Assembly (NCBI GenBank): GCA_000990005.1 | Contig: LBPF01000003.1 | Span: 7,479-71,478, forward strand | Length of the DNA: 64,000 nucleotides | Direction of reading: 5' to 3' | Source of the DNA: Candidatus Woesebacteria bacterium GW2011_GWB1_33_38 | GTDB taxonomy: Bacteria; Patescibacteriota; Microgenomatia; UBA8517 | Part shown: piece after piece, positions 18,837 through 27,811 of the stretch | How the letters are laid out: each line of letters starts with the position of its first letter | Numbering within the stretch: position 1 is the stretch's first letter | Notes under the pieces: generated by a model | The model's input: only the letters and a program-made list of their open reading frames with translations | What the model was told of the DNA's origin: nothing | The model's database searches: none | Position numbers and translations under genes: made by a program

Positions 18837-20030
18837 TTACCATCCTAAATTAATTGCCCATATTACTCCCCAAAAATTAACTATAACCGAAATTAGTATT
18901 AATAATAGGTTTAATTTAGTTGATTTGAATCTTAATGCCAAGATTATCATAAGAAAAACAATGAAATCTAAAACAAATCTATATCCAAACTGAACCCAAC
19001 CTTGCATAATATGTAAAAAACTGGGTATGGCACAAATAATACTTGTAATAATTAAGTTTGACTCAAGACCAGGTTTAAATTTAGGTCTTAATGCTAGAAA
19101 AAGAAGTGGGGAAGTAAAAAGTATTCCCATACCAAAAGGTGAAGGCTTTAAATCTTTTACAATTCCTCCATCAATTTTGACATTAGGGGGCATAACTAAA
19201 AAAGTATAAAGATGCAAGCCCACATTTTTAATATCAAAATATCCGAATAACGAAGACTTAGGATTTATGATTTGGCGGATAGTGTAGGGATAATCTGAAC
19301 CTGCGTATTGTAAATACACCTCGTTATAGCCTGTCCTGAAGGGATTACCAAACCTTAAATAATCATAAGACAAAATGATGGGTACAAAAACAAATGCCCC
19401 CAGAAGAAAAAACATAAATCTTTTCTTTTTTCTCCAAAGTTGCAAGAGATAAAAGATACCTGCAAGAATTAACGACATTCTTGTTAAAGCTCCTAATGCA
19501 AAAAATATCCCTGACCAAAAATCAAATTTTTTAAAATGGAAAATTAAAGATAGTGTTATGAAAAAGATAGCTACAATATGGGCAAAAAACCACGTGGTAC
19601 CAACAACTGCAGACCAAAAAAAAGACGTACCAAAACCCAAAAATACTGATAAAAGTATGGAGTTTCTTTTTGAGGTGAAACTAGTTAAAAGTAAATAAAT
19701 TAAACTTATGTCAATTGCTCCAACAAGTATAGACACTTGTTGTTGAGTAATTCCTTTGAAAATTAGGACAAAAGGTGTGAGGAGAATAGATGCGCCTGGG
19801 GGAAATGGAATATAAGTCTTGCCTTCAAATTCTAATTTATCATGATAAAATTGAGGTAGATCTGGTATATCTACCCTACCTTGCAAGATTGACTTTGTGA
19901 GGTATAAATAGTGGTCGTACCAATTTCTTGGTTCTGGGTAGATGTTTTTGTAAATCAAAAAACTTCCTAGAAACAAAATTAGTGGAACTAAAATATGCGC
20001 AAATTTTTTCAAAAATCCTATTTTTGTCAT
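18837..20030 (-). CDS. Polytopic GT-C-like membrane protein (paralog B)
   Basis: YDYLRFGNPF, QFGYRFVLDF, VNFWGV; collinear with 17661-18827. Confidence 0.7.
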   Translation of the reverse strand: MTKIGFLKKFAHILVPLILFLGSFLIYKNIYPEPRNWYDHYLYLTKSILQGRVDIPDLPQFYHDKLEFEGKTYIPFPPGASILLTPFVLIFKGITQQQVSILVGAIDISLIYLLLTSFTSKRNSILLSVFLGFGTSFFWSAVVGTTWFFAHIVAIFFITLSLIFHFKKFDFWSGIFFALGALTRMSLILAGIFYLLQLWRKKKRFMFFLLGAFVFVPIILSYDYLRFGNPFRTGYNEVYLQYAGSDYPYTIRQIINPKSSLFGYFDIKNVGLHLYTFLVMPPNVKIDGGIVKDLKPSPFGMGILFTSPLLFLALRPKFKPGLESNLIITSIICAIPSFLHIMQGWVQFGYRFVLDFIVFLMIILALRFKSTKLNLLLILISVIVNFWGVIWAINLGW

Positions 20031-22418
20031 AGTAATAAGTTTAATTTTAACATTACTTTGATTATTTTTTCTGCCTTAGTTTTTAGATTGTTTCTTGCTA
20101 ATTTTGGAACTTTACAACTTGACCATGGGACATTTATCGCTTGGAGTAATTCACTGGTAGTAAATGGCTCTAAGACTTTTTATGAAGGCTGGTCTGATTA
20201 TTTACCTGGGTATTTATATGTCTTATGGTTTTTAGGCAAACTTAGTTTACAGGTTCCGAACCTGCAAGTTATATTATTTAAATTACCTGCGATTATTGCA
20301 GATCTTTTGACCGGTTATCTGATTTACAAAATTTTAGAAGGCAAAAAAGGTACAAAAAAATGGGCAATAACTGGGAGTCTGTTTTATCTTTTTAATCCTG
20401 CAATTTTTGCCAATTCATCCCTTTGGGGTCAGGTTGACAGTTTGACCGCACTTTTCTCTCTTTTTGCTGTTTATGTTTTTCCTATCAGCTATTGGCTATC
20501 AGTTATTAGCTTAGCATTAGGTACTCTTATTAAACCGCAAGCCGCATTTATCTTACCTGCAATTTTATATCTTATGATTAAAAACAAAACCTCTTTCTCA
20601 AAAGTTTTGAATTTTGGAGTTTTGGGACTTGGAGTTTTTGTACTTGGTTTTGTGCCATTTAATAACTTTTCTAATTTATGGCAGTTTATAATACAACGCC
20701 TTTCAGCTTCTGCTAATCAATATCCCTACGGGTCAGTTAATGCCTTTTCTCTTTGGGGACTTTTTGGTTTTTGGAAGCCAGACAATATTACGTTTTGGAT
20801 AGGACTTGGCATATCAATTGCTCTAATTACACTAATTACTCTAATTATTTCTAAAAAGAATATCAAAAATGGTGAGTATCTAGTTTCTGCCTTTTCTTTG
20901 CTTATCACTTTTCTTTTTATGACCAGAATGCATGAAAGGCACTTATTACCAGTGCTTGCTCCGCTTTTAATTGCGACTGTGAGCAATCCTATTCTAATAA
21001 TTTCATATCTTGGTTTATCTTTAACTTACACAGCTAATTTATCGTATGCATATTATTGGATAACAGACAACTTCAAAGAAATATTTAATCCAATTTTAAT
21101 CAAAGGATTTATAATTACAAACCTTTCTTTATTAATTTTAGCGATTATTTCGGTATTCAAAAAAATTAATTTAAAAATTAAATTTAACTTTAATAATATA
21201 AAAACGGCAAATTATTTTTCAACTAAAGACATTTCAAATAAATTTGCTAAAATACTTCTCTTTTTAGTTTTGCTTTTTAGTATTTTTACCAGACTATATC
21301 AATTAGGTAATCCCAAAGAGATGTATTTTGATGAGATTTATCATTCCTTTACTGCCAAATTGGTGCTACATAATGATCCTAAAGCTTGGGAGTGGTGGAA
21401 CCCACACCCAGAAGGCTTTGCCTATGAATGGACTCATCCACCCCTATCAAAATTAGGTATGGCATTGGGGATGAAAATTTTTGGAGAAAATTCTTTTGGT
21501 TGGAGAGTTCCACAGGCGATTTTAGGTACTTTATCAGTACTGGTGATTTATTTATTGGCTAGAGAAGTATTCAAAGATAAATTAACAGCAGTTTTATCAG
21601 CTACAATTTTTTGTTTGGATGGTCTTCCTCTGGTTTTAAGCCGTATGGGTATGAATGATTCATATGTTTTATTCTTTTCACTGCTTTCTGTTTATCTTTT
21701 TGTAAGAGACAAAAATTTATTATCAAGTATTGCTTTCGGTTTAGCAATAGCTTCCAAATGGTCTGCTATTTATGTTTTTCCCATTTTATTTATTTCACAC
21801 TTCGTGTTTAGAAAAAAGATAAAAATAAGTTATTTATCTTTTTTGATTTTCCCCGCTCTAGTATATGTTGCAAGTTATAGTTTAATGTTTACAACGGGAC
21901 ACACATGGGACCAATTTATAGAGGTTCAAAAACAAATGTGGTGGTATCATACCAATCTAGTAGCGGAACACCCTTACACATCACCTGCCTGGAGTTGGCC
22001 ATTACTTTTAAGACCAATTTATTTATATGATGGGGGAGATGTTAATGGACAAGTTGCCCGAATTTATGCTTTTGGTAATCCATTTATTTTTTGGTTTGGA
22101 CTTTACTCGATAATTCTATCAATTTTTATATCAGCTAAAGAGAGAATAAAAAAGTTAGGTTTTGTAATTTTTTCGTACCTAATTTTCTTTTTACCCTGGA
22201 TTGCAAGTCCTAGAATAATGTTTTTGTATCATTATTTACCCTCAATTCCATTTTTGGCAATTGCTTCTGGTTTTGTTCTTCGCCGTTTCCCCAAATTTAG
22301 AATTGGTTTATTGGTAATTGGTTTATTGGTATTTATTTACTTTTACCCTCATTGGATAGGGGTAAGAATTCCACTAAAACTTGACGAAAGTTACTATTGG
22401 TTTTCCTCTTGGAGATAA
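19995..22418 (+). CDS. Two-domain GT-C protein: GT87/ALG6-like N-half plus protein O-mannosyltransferase (PMT)-like C-half; start uncertain
   Basis: DYLPGY, WGQVDS, MHERH; then MYFDEIYH, HPPLSKL, FGWR, KWS, HPY.S.AWSWP, FLYHYLP. Confidence 0.82.
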   Translation: MRKFFQKSYFCHSNKFNFNITLIIFSALVFRLFLANFGTLQLDHGTFIAWSNSLVVNGSKTFYEGWSDYLPGYLYVLWFLGKLSLQVPNLQVILFKLPAIIADLLTGYLIYKILEGKKGTKKWAITGSLFYLFNPAIFANSSLWGQVDSLTALFSLFAVYVFPISYWLSVISLALGTLIKPQAAFILPAILYLMIKNKTSFSKVLNFGVLGLGVFVLGFVPFNNFSNLWQFIIQRLSASANQYPYGSVNAFSLWGLFGFWKPDNITFWIGLGISIALITLITLIISKKNIKNGEYLVSAFSLLITFLFMTRMHERHLLPVLAPLLIATVSNPILIISYLGLSLTYTANLSYAYYWITDNFKEIFNPILIKGFIITNLSLLILAIISVFKKINLKIKFNFNNIKTANYFSTKDISNKFAKILLFLVLLFSIFTRLYQLGNPKEMYFDEIYHSFTAKLVLHNDPKAWEWWNPHPEGFAYEWTHPPLSKLGMALGMKIFGENSFGWRVPQAILGTLSVLVIYLLAREVFKDKLTAVLSATIFCLDGLPLVLSRMGMNDSYVLFFSLLSVYLFVRDKNLLSSIAFGLAIASKWSAIYVFPILFISHFVFRKKIKISYLSFLIFPALVYVASYSLMFTTGHTWDQFIEVQKQMWWYHTNLVAEHPYTSPAWSWPLLLRPIYLYDGGDVNGQVARIYAFGNPFIFWFGLYSIILSIFISAKERIKKLGFVIFSYLIFFLPWIASPRIMFLYHYLPSIPFLAIASGFVLRRFPKFRIGLLVIGLLVFIYFYPHWIGVRIPLKLDESYYWFSSWR
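20247..20267. repeat. Palindrome in-frame in the PMT-like gene
   Basis: TTACAGGTTCCGAACCTGCAA encodes LQVPNLQ; shares its core with the AlkD-gene repeat. Confidence 0.6.
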
Positions 22419-22426
22419 CTCTTAAA

Positions 22427-23317
22427 TTAGAAGGCTAAGAGTAAGCTACCAAGTATTACAAGTATTCCAAATACTGTTCCAACAATAGTTGGCCATGTTG
22501 TACCAACTGAAGGTAATTCTGGTTCCTCTTCAACACTTGCGATTGATGTAGATGTTTCTGTTGGTTCAGGAGGACATAGACAATCATTTTCTGATAGGCA
22601 AGATGTGTTTCTACAACTTCCTGAAGTTGCGCCACTAGCAATATAGCACATCAAACCATTTGGACAGTCAGTATTTTGAGTGCATGAATTGTTACATTGT
22701 GGATTCGAAGTTGCAGTAGCTGTTGCAGTAGCTGTTGGTATACCAGTGCCTGTACTTGTAGCTGTGGCTGTAGGTGTGGCTGTAGGTGTTTCTCCAGGAC
22801 AGACACAATCTGTCTCAGTTGAACAAGTCTCTTTTCTACACCTTTTGGCACTAGAATCTGCAGAATTGACAACTAAGCATCTAAGATTTGAAGTGCAGTC
22901 TGTATGTGCGGTACACAAACTATTGCATTGTTTGGGTGTTGCTGTAGCTGTTGCTGTGGCTGTTGGTGTTGCACAAATACAATTTGTTTTTGATGTACAA
23001 GCCTGTCTTCTACATCTACCTGATGTCGCAGGCCCAGGCCCTGCGCCATAACAAATCAAACCTGTGGGACAATCAGTGGTTTGTTGACAGACACTGTTAC
23101 ATACTATGTTTGGAGGTGCGGTTGGTGTAGGCGTTGTTGTTGGCCCAGTTACTGTAAATGACACCTTACAAACTTTAGGCCCAGCTGCAGCATTTGAGTC
23201 AGTTGGAGCAACATTTTTAGTTTGGTAAAGTTTAATTGCAGTGAATATTGCAATTCCAGCAAGAACAATAGTTGTTGCTATTATTCCCAAAGTTACTATT
23301 TTATTTTTGTTTTTCAT
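22427..23317 (-). CDS. Surface protein with three 8-Cys repeats, Thr/Ala/Pro linkers and an LPxxG-TM tail
   Basis: N-terminal TM; 3x CNxxCxxxxDCxxxLxC..CRxxxCxxxxxCxC; TATATA linkers; ELPSVG then a hydrophobic C-terminus. Confidence 0.8.
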   Translation of the reverse strand: MKNKNKIVTLGIIATTIVLAGIAIFTAIKLYQTKNVAPTDSNAAAGPKVCKVSFTVTGPTTTPTPTAPPNIVCNSVCQQTTDCPTGLICYGAGPGPATSGRCRRQACTSKTNCICATPTATATATATPKQCNSLCTAHTDCTSNLRCLVVNSADSSAKRCRKETCSTETDCVCPGETPTATPTATATSTGTGIPTATATATATSNPQCNNSCTQNTDCPNGLMCYIASGATSGSCRNTSCLSENDCLCPPEPTETSTSIASVEEEPELPSVGTTWPTIVGTVFGILVILGSLLLAF

Positions 23318-23330
23318 TATATTTATATAT

Positions 23331-24257
23331 TTATTTTCCATACCATGTTCCAGCATAATATACTTCAGCCTGGATATTGGTTGTTCCTGAAGTAACTGTA
23401 TATAGATCATAGAAAACCGTAGCAACTTGGAATTTTTTACTGGCTGTAACTTCAGGTCTTAGTACTCCATTAACTGTAAACCTTGCTTTAGTAAAATGAA
23501 TAGTGTTATTTGCACCATATGCAGTAGGTATTGTCAAATTAACTTTTTGTCCAACCTTTAAAGTTCCTAAATCAGTAATCATTGCCCCTTGTTCAGTGTA
23601 AAGAACTATTGCATTAATACATCCTATTCCGCCTCCGCCTCCGCCTTCAGTACAATCTTCATCATAAAACATTGAGGTAAAAGCCTTATTACCATTATTG
23701 TAATAGTCAATTTGTTCGGTTCCACAATTAAATTCAAAACTGGCGCTTTCCAAATGAGTTTTGTATTCTTCATTACAGCTAGTGCCAAACGGTTTGACGT
23801 CGTTGCAATGGTAGTGGTTAACAAAATCTAAAGGAAAACTAGTTGCAGAACATCCTGTTGCAGTACATGGAGGAGTAAATTGATTTGTTGCTGCTTTTTC
23901 TCTAATATCCTGATTTTGGCCTGTTAAAAATACTCCTGCTCCAACACCACCAACAAGTAAAAATAATCCTAATATTGTTGCAATTACTTTTCCCCCTGCA
24001 AATTTTTTCTTTGGTGGTGTAGTACCCATTATTTCAGGCATAATAACGTCATCACTTGGCGCAGCTGAACCAACATTTGTTGTAACTGTTGCTGGGGTTG
24101 TGTCCAACTGTTCACCGATCACTGTTGACTGTTCACTAGCTACAGGCATTGGGGGCAAAACAGTATCTTCAACTACAGTAGGAAAAGTTACAGGAAAATT
24201 CTGATCATCAGTTTGACCATTGGTTGTTGTTGGTTGATTACTATTTCCGTTGGGCAT
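23331..24257 (-). CDS. Membrane-anchored Cys-containing surface protein
   Basis: Disordered N-region, TM, QNQDIREKAA, Cys domain, poly-Gly linker, beta-rich domain. Confidence 0.75.
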   Translation of the reverse strand: MPNGNSNQPTTTNGQTDDQNFPVTFPTVVEDTVLPPMPVASEQSTVIGEQLDTTPATVTTNVGSAAPSDDVIMPEIMGTTPPKKKFAGGKVIATILGLFLLVGGVGAGVFLTGQNQDIREKAATNQFTPPCTATGCSATSFPLDFVNHYHCNDVKPFGTSCNEEYKTHLESASFEFNCGTEQIDYYNNGNKAFTSMFYDEDCTEGGGGGGIGCINAIVLYTEQGAMITDLGTLKVGQKVNLTIPTAYGANNTIHFTKARFTVNGVLRPEVTASKKFQVATVFYDLYTVTSGTTNIQAEVYYAGTWYGK

Positions 24258-24276
24258 ATAAAAAGTCCTTGAATTA

Positions 24277-24305
24277 ACTTTAACCTTTCATGAAATCCAT
24301 GTCAA
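24277..24305 (-). promoter_or_regulatory. Sigma-70 promoter for the 24257 gene
   Basis: Minus strand TTGACA-17 bp-TAAAGT. Confidence 0.6.
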
Positions 24306-24340
24306 GAAGAAGTCGTTATTATCGTCACAACTTTGGAATC

Positions 24341-24855
24341 TTACATGCAATAAGGGGTAAAATTTTTATATTTGATTTCATATCCATCTTTACAACATCT
24401 TGATATTCCTCCTTGTGAACTATTAACACAGTCAAAGTAGGAATTTGGAGTTGACGCACCCCAAATCAAATCCTTTAAAGGAAAATGAAAAGTAATACAT
24501 CTTGTTGGATCGTTCTTATAACTAGGACACATTATTATTTTTGGTCCTTGCCCGACACTATCACATTCTTTTGTAGTTTCTCCACATTTATCCCTCCTGA
24601 TATCCCATTTACATTTATAGATTTCCCCGTTTTTTTGGATGTGGAACATGCATTTGCACAACTTTCTCGATCATAATTATACTTACAACCAGCAGCAGCC
24701 TCTTCTTCAATGTTTTGGTTTTGTTTAACAAGATATAAACCTACTAAAACTGCAACTATTAAAAATATTAAACCAACTATCGAGAAAATCTTCTTTCTAT
24801 TTACTTTATTAACCTTATTAACCTTTGTTTTAATTGTATGCTTTTTTGTTGACAT
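24341..24855 (-). pseudogene. Cys-rich membrane-anchored protein split by a frameshift at an A7 tract
   Basis: ORFs 24535-24855 and 24341-24661 join if one A is added in 24630-24636. Confidence 0.6.
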
Positions 24856-26119
24856 AGTGGCTTGCTAAAACTAATCCTATACCAATCATGAATAATCCCA
24901 ATGTATTTGTCAAGTAACCAGTTTCTGGCACGGGAGGCGTGGTTGCTGTTGAAGTTGCAGTAGCTCTTGAAGTTGGTGATGATGTGGCAATTGGAGTTGG
25001 TGTAAAAATTGGTGTTGCTGACGGTGTTGATTCAAATGCTGGTCCTTCAGCTGCAGAGACTATAAAATTTCTTTTTAATATTCTTATTATTCCATTTGCA
25101 TCCGTCCATTTAAGTGTTACAGTATGTTGACCTGGTTCAAGGCTGTTTGGAGGGCTCCAATTCCAACCTCCGTTTTTATCAGTTGCAACAGTTACAGTTT
25201 GAAGTTCTGATTCAACAGATACTTCAATATTGGTTTGAGATGGGCCACTACCGAAAAATTCTGGATTTACTGTTGTTATTATTTCTCCCTCATCAACTGA
25301 ATCGATCGAGATAAAAGAGTTGGTGGGTTGAACTTCGTTTCTGTTAATTTCAAAACGAGAGGAAGCCTCAATTGATTCAGGAACAGAAAGATTGCTTTTG
25401 GGAAGTGATTCTTGATTACTATTAATAGTTCTAAAATCATATGTCTTGCCAAGTAAAATAATTGGAGTTGAATTAATTGCAGTTGGATAAATAACAGCTT
25501 GGGCTGTTCCCTTGGGGCCTGCATTTATACTTATTTCAATGGCTGTTGTTTCAGGGACTGATTCTATATAATTTGATATAGGTATGACCCAACTTCCTTC
25601 TGGAGAGGTAATTGTGGATAGAGTAAAACCGTTAACCGTCAAATGAACAATTGCCTCAGCGGGTGTTGCACCATCCTGTTGAAGTACTACACCTGTAGCT
25701 ATTAAATTGTCTGCTGTAATTATCTGATTTAATGTTTTAGATTGCCATGGTATATCATTGTTTTTATAATCTTTTCCATCAGAGTTGATTGCAAAAAAAA
25801 CATCAGTACTACTTTCAAGACCTAAAATATTTACCAGATGTACACTACTTTGGGAACTTTTTTCTTCAAGAGCGACCTTGCCAAGATTGCCATTTGTTTT
25901 ATTCCATTTAACAAATCCTTTACTTTCTGTATCAGTTGTCCAAGTAACAGTAATGGAGTTATTGGAAATATTTCCGATTCGTACATTTTTAGGTGAATTT
26001 TCAACCTGTGCACCCAATTTAAAAATTTGCCTTGAATTAATTGAATAAATTCCAATAACTAAGCTCGAGATTAAAATTAAAAGGCCTAAAATAGTTGGTA
26101 ATCTTACCCCTTTTTTCAT
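24830..26119 (-). CDS. Surface protein with FN3-like and Ig-like domains and a VPETG sorting-like signal
   Basis: PKNVRIGNISNNSITVTWTT; Ig-like ...LEPGQHTVTL; PT-rich linker; VPETG-TM-KK tail. Confidence 0.8.
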   Translation of the reverse strand: MKKGVRLPTILGLLILISSLVIGIYSINSRQIFKLGAQVENSPKNVRIGNISNNSITVTWTTDTESKGFVKWNKTNGNLGKVALEEKSSQSSVHLVNILGLESSTDVFFAINSDGKDYKNNDIPWQSKTLNQIITADNLIATGVVLQQDGATPAEAIVHLTVNGFTLSTITSPEGSWVIPISNYIESVPETTAIEISINAGPKGTAQAVIYPTAINSTPIILLGKTYDFRTINSNQESLPKSNLSVPESIEASSRFEINRNEVQPTNSFISIDSVDEGEIITTVNPEFFGSGPSQTNIEVSVESELQTVTVATDKNGGWNWSPPNSLEPGQHTVTLKWTDANGIIRILKRNFIVSAAEGPAFESTPSATPIFTPTPIATSSPTSRATATSTATTPPVPETGYLTNTLGLFMIGIGLVLASHYVNKKAYN

Positions 26120-26319
26120 TGGTTTTGTACCCTTCTCTCAATTTCATTTAATGTATCCATGTCCAAATTAGGGTTAATTGGAGCAATTATTTCATTTGAG
26201 ACATTTACAGGACTTTCTTTTGTAAAAACACGATAAATAGTAAATGATATCCAAAAAACAACAGTAATAGTTGTTAAAATTAACAAAATCATTAAACTAG
26301 GTAACTTTGCATTTTTCAT
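26116..26319 (-). CDS. Small single-TM protein in the pil-like operon
   Basis: Translationally coupled on both sides. Confidence 0.7.
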   Translation of the reverse strand: MKNAKLPSLMILLILTTITVVFWISFTIYRVFTKESPVNVSNEIIAPINPNLDMDTLNEIERRVQNQ

Positions 26320-26978
26320 ATTTCTGTTTTAACAAATGGCATTCTTCCCAAAACAGTTAGGATTAGAATTTTGCCATTTTCCGTTTTGGTGGAATTTATC
26401 ACTAACGAATCAACTTTTAAAGGTCTAACTAAATTTTCTATGTCAAAAAGAAAAAGAAGTAAGTTTTGATATGAACCAGACATCGATATTGAACAAGGGA
26501 GTTCTTCTGCACCCTGGGGCAATTTTTCAGTCGCATCTATCCTCTTTGTTTTCCCTGCCACCTTACCTATTAAGGTTATATCTGACATACTCAAGTTTAT
26601 TAGCTGAAGTGAATTTTTATTTGCTAAATTTTCCATTGTTGATATTAAGTCTTCAGCGTTGGCAAGGCTTGGGATAGCAGACTCAATCTTTTGAAGTCCT
26701 TCCTCTTTGTCTTGAATAATTTGGTTTGCTTTTTGCAGGTCAAGCAACTTCTGATTAATTTTGACGATTGTTTCTTCCTTTGTTTCAATTTCTTTATTGA
26801 GTTCAATAATTGTTAAAACTGTAGGTTTAACAGCAAAAATTGCGAAGACAATGATCGTAGATAATGATAAAATAAGTTCTAAATAGATTTTAATATTGGG
26901 TTTGGTGTAATAAATCTGTAAGATATTTAAGAAAAAATCTTTGTACCTTAAATAATCTTTTTTCCAATTATTTTTCAT
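26316..26978 (-). CDS. PilO-like type IV pilus assembly protein
   Basis: TM, coiled coil, AIP, GSY..LL.FL..IENL.R...V ferredoxin-fold signature. Confidence 0.7.
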   Translation of the reverse strand: MKNNWKKDYLRYKDFFLNILQIYYTKPNIKIYLELILSLSTIIVFAIFAVKPTVLTIIELNKEIETKEETIVKINQKLLDLQKANQIIQDKEEGLQKIESAIPSLANAEDLISTMENLANKNSLQLINLSMSDITLIGKVAGKTKRIDATEKLPQGAEELPCSISMSGSYQNLLLFLFDIENLVRPLKVDSLVINSTKTENGKILILTVLGRMPFVKTEI

Positions 26979-27523
26979 TTCGGTGAAATCTTTCCTGAAA
27001 CAGTAAATACAATAGTATTCGGGTCATCCTGAGAAGTCGAGATTTGAGAAAGTGTAATTTCTGAAAGATTATTTTTTGCTTCCAAGTTGGCTATAACTTG
27101 AGCAATCGAACTTTCTGAAAAAGAAGTAGCTTTAATAGCAAATGATTTATCATTAAAAGTGGTTGATGTAAAAATAATATCTAGTGGAAGTGTTGTTGAA
27201 ATATCATTTATAATTTCGGTAAAAAGAGGTTCATTATAAAGAGATTTGGCGATACTTAACTTCTTTTGAATGTTTTTGAACTCTAGTTCAATATCTTCAT
27301 AGGCAAGTATCTGGGATTGTCCAATATCTAAATCCTCATTTAAATCAGAATTTCTGGCATCTAACCAAAAACGTGATAAAAAGGCTGACATAACCAAAAG
27401 CTCAGTGATAATGACCATAACTCTAAAAGAAGAAAGGGACCACTTAAGTATTCTGCCTAGGGTACTTGTCTCAAATTCATCCTGAGGTAAAAGGTTTATA
27501 AATTTATTTTTTACTTTGGGCAT
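26975..27523 (-). CDS. PilN-like protein
   Basis: INLLP, TM, coiled coil, PilN-like C-domain; directly upstream of the pilO-like gene. Confidence 0.7.
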   Translation of the reverse strand: MPKVKNKFINLLPQDEFETSTLGRILKWSLSSFRVMVIITELLVMSAFLSRFWLDARNSDLNEDLDIGQSQILAYEDIELEFKNIQKKLSIAKSLYNEPLFTEIINDISTTLPLDIIFTSTTFNDKSFAIKATSFSESSIAQVIANLEAKNNLSEITLSQISTSQDDPNTIVFTVSGKISPK

Positions 27524-27538
27524 ATACCCAATGTAGCA

Positions 27539-27772
27539 TTATTTTATAAGTTTGGAAAGTTGTGATTTTATTCTAGCAGATTTATTTTTGTGAATAACCT
27601 TTATTTTAGCAGTTTTGTCTGTTAAAGAGACTGCTTTTTCAATATCCTTTTTTGATTTTGTTGATTTAGCCTTTTTAATAGCAATCTCAAGCTTTGTCAG
27701 AGCAATTTTATTTACAGATTGTTTTCTAAAAGACCCACGAAGCGCTCTTTTGGCTGTTTTTGTTACTGGCAT
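27539..27772 (-). CDS. rpsT: 30S ribosomal protein S20
   Basis: MP.TK.AKRALR...DK.AK..VIHKNK.AR.KS.L. Confidence 0.93.
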   Translation of the reverse strand: MPVTKTAKRALRGSFRKQSVNKIALTKLEIAIKKAKSTKSKKDIEKAVSLTDKTAKIKVIHKNKSARIKSQLSKLIK

Positions 27773-27811
27773 GCGGGTAGTATAATCAAAAAAAAAGAAT
27801 ATAACAAGAAT

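Noticed and set aside
21401-21410. CCCACACCCA resembling the GIY-YIG IR arm
   Set aside because: Short partial match with no partner arm; encodes NPHP within the PMT-like domain.
22700-22975. GTAGCTGTTGCA-type 6-bp repeats
   Set aside because: Codon-level consequence of Thr-Ala linkers.
24790-24826. 9-bp repeat encoding KVNKVNKVN
   Set aside because: In-frame peptide repeat with a period that is a multiple of three; ordinary slippage.
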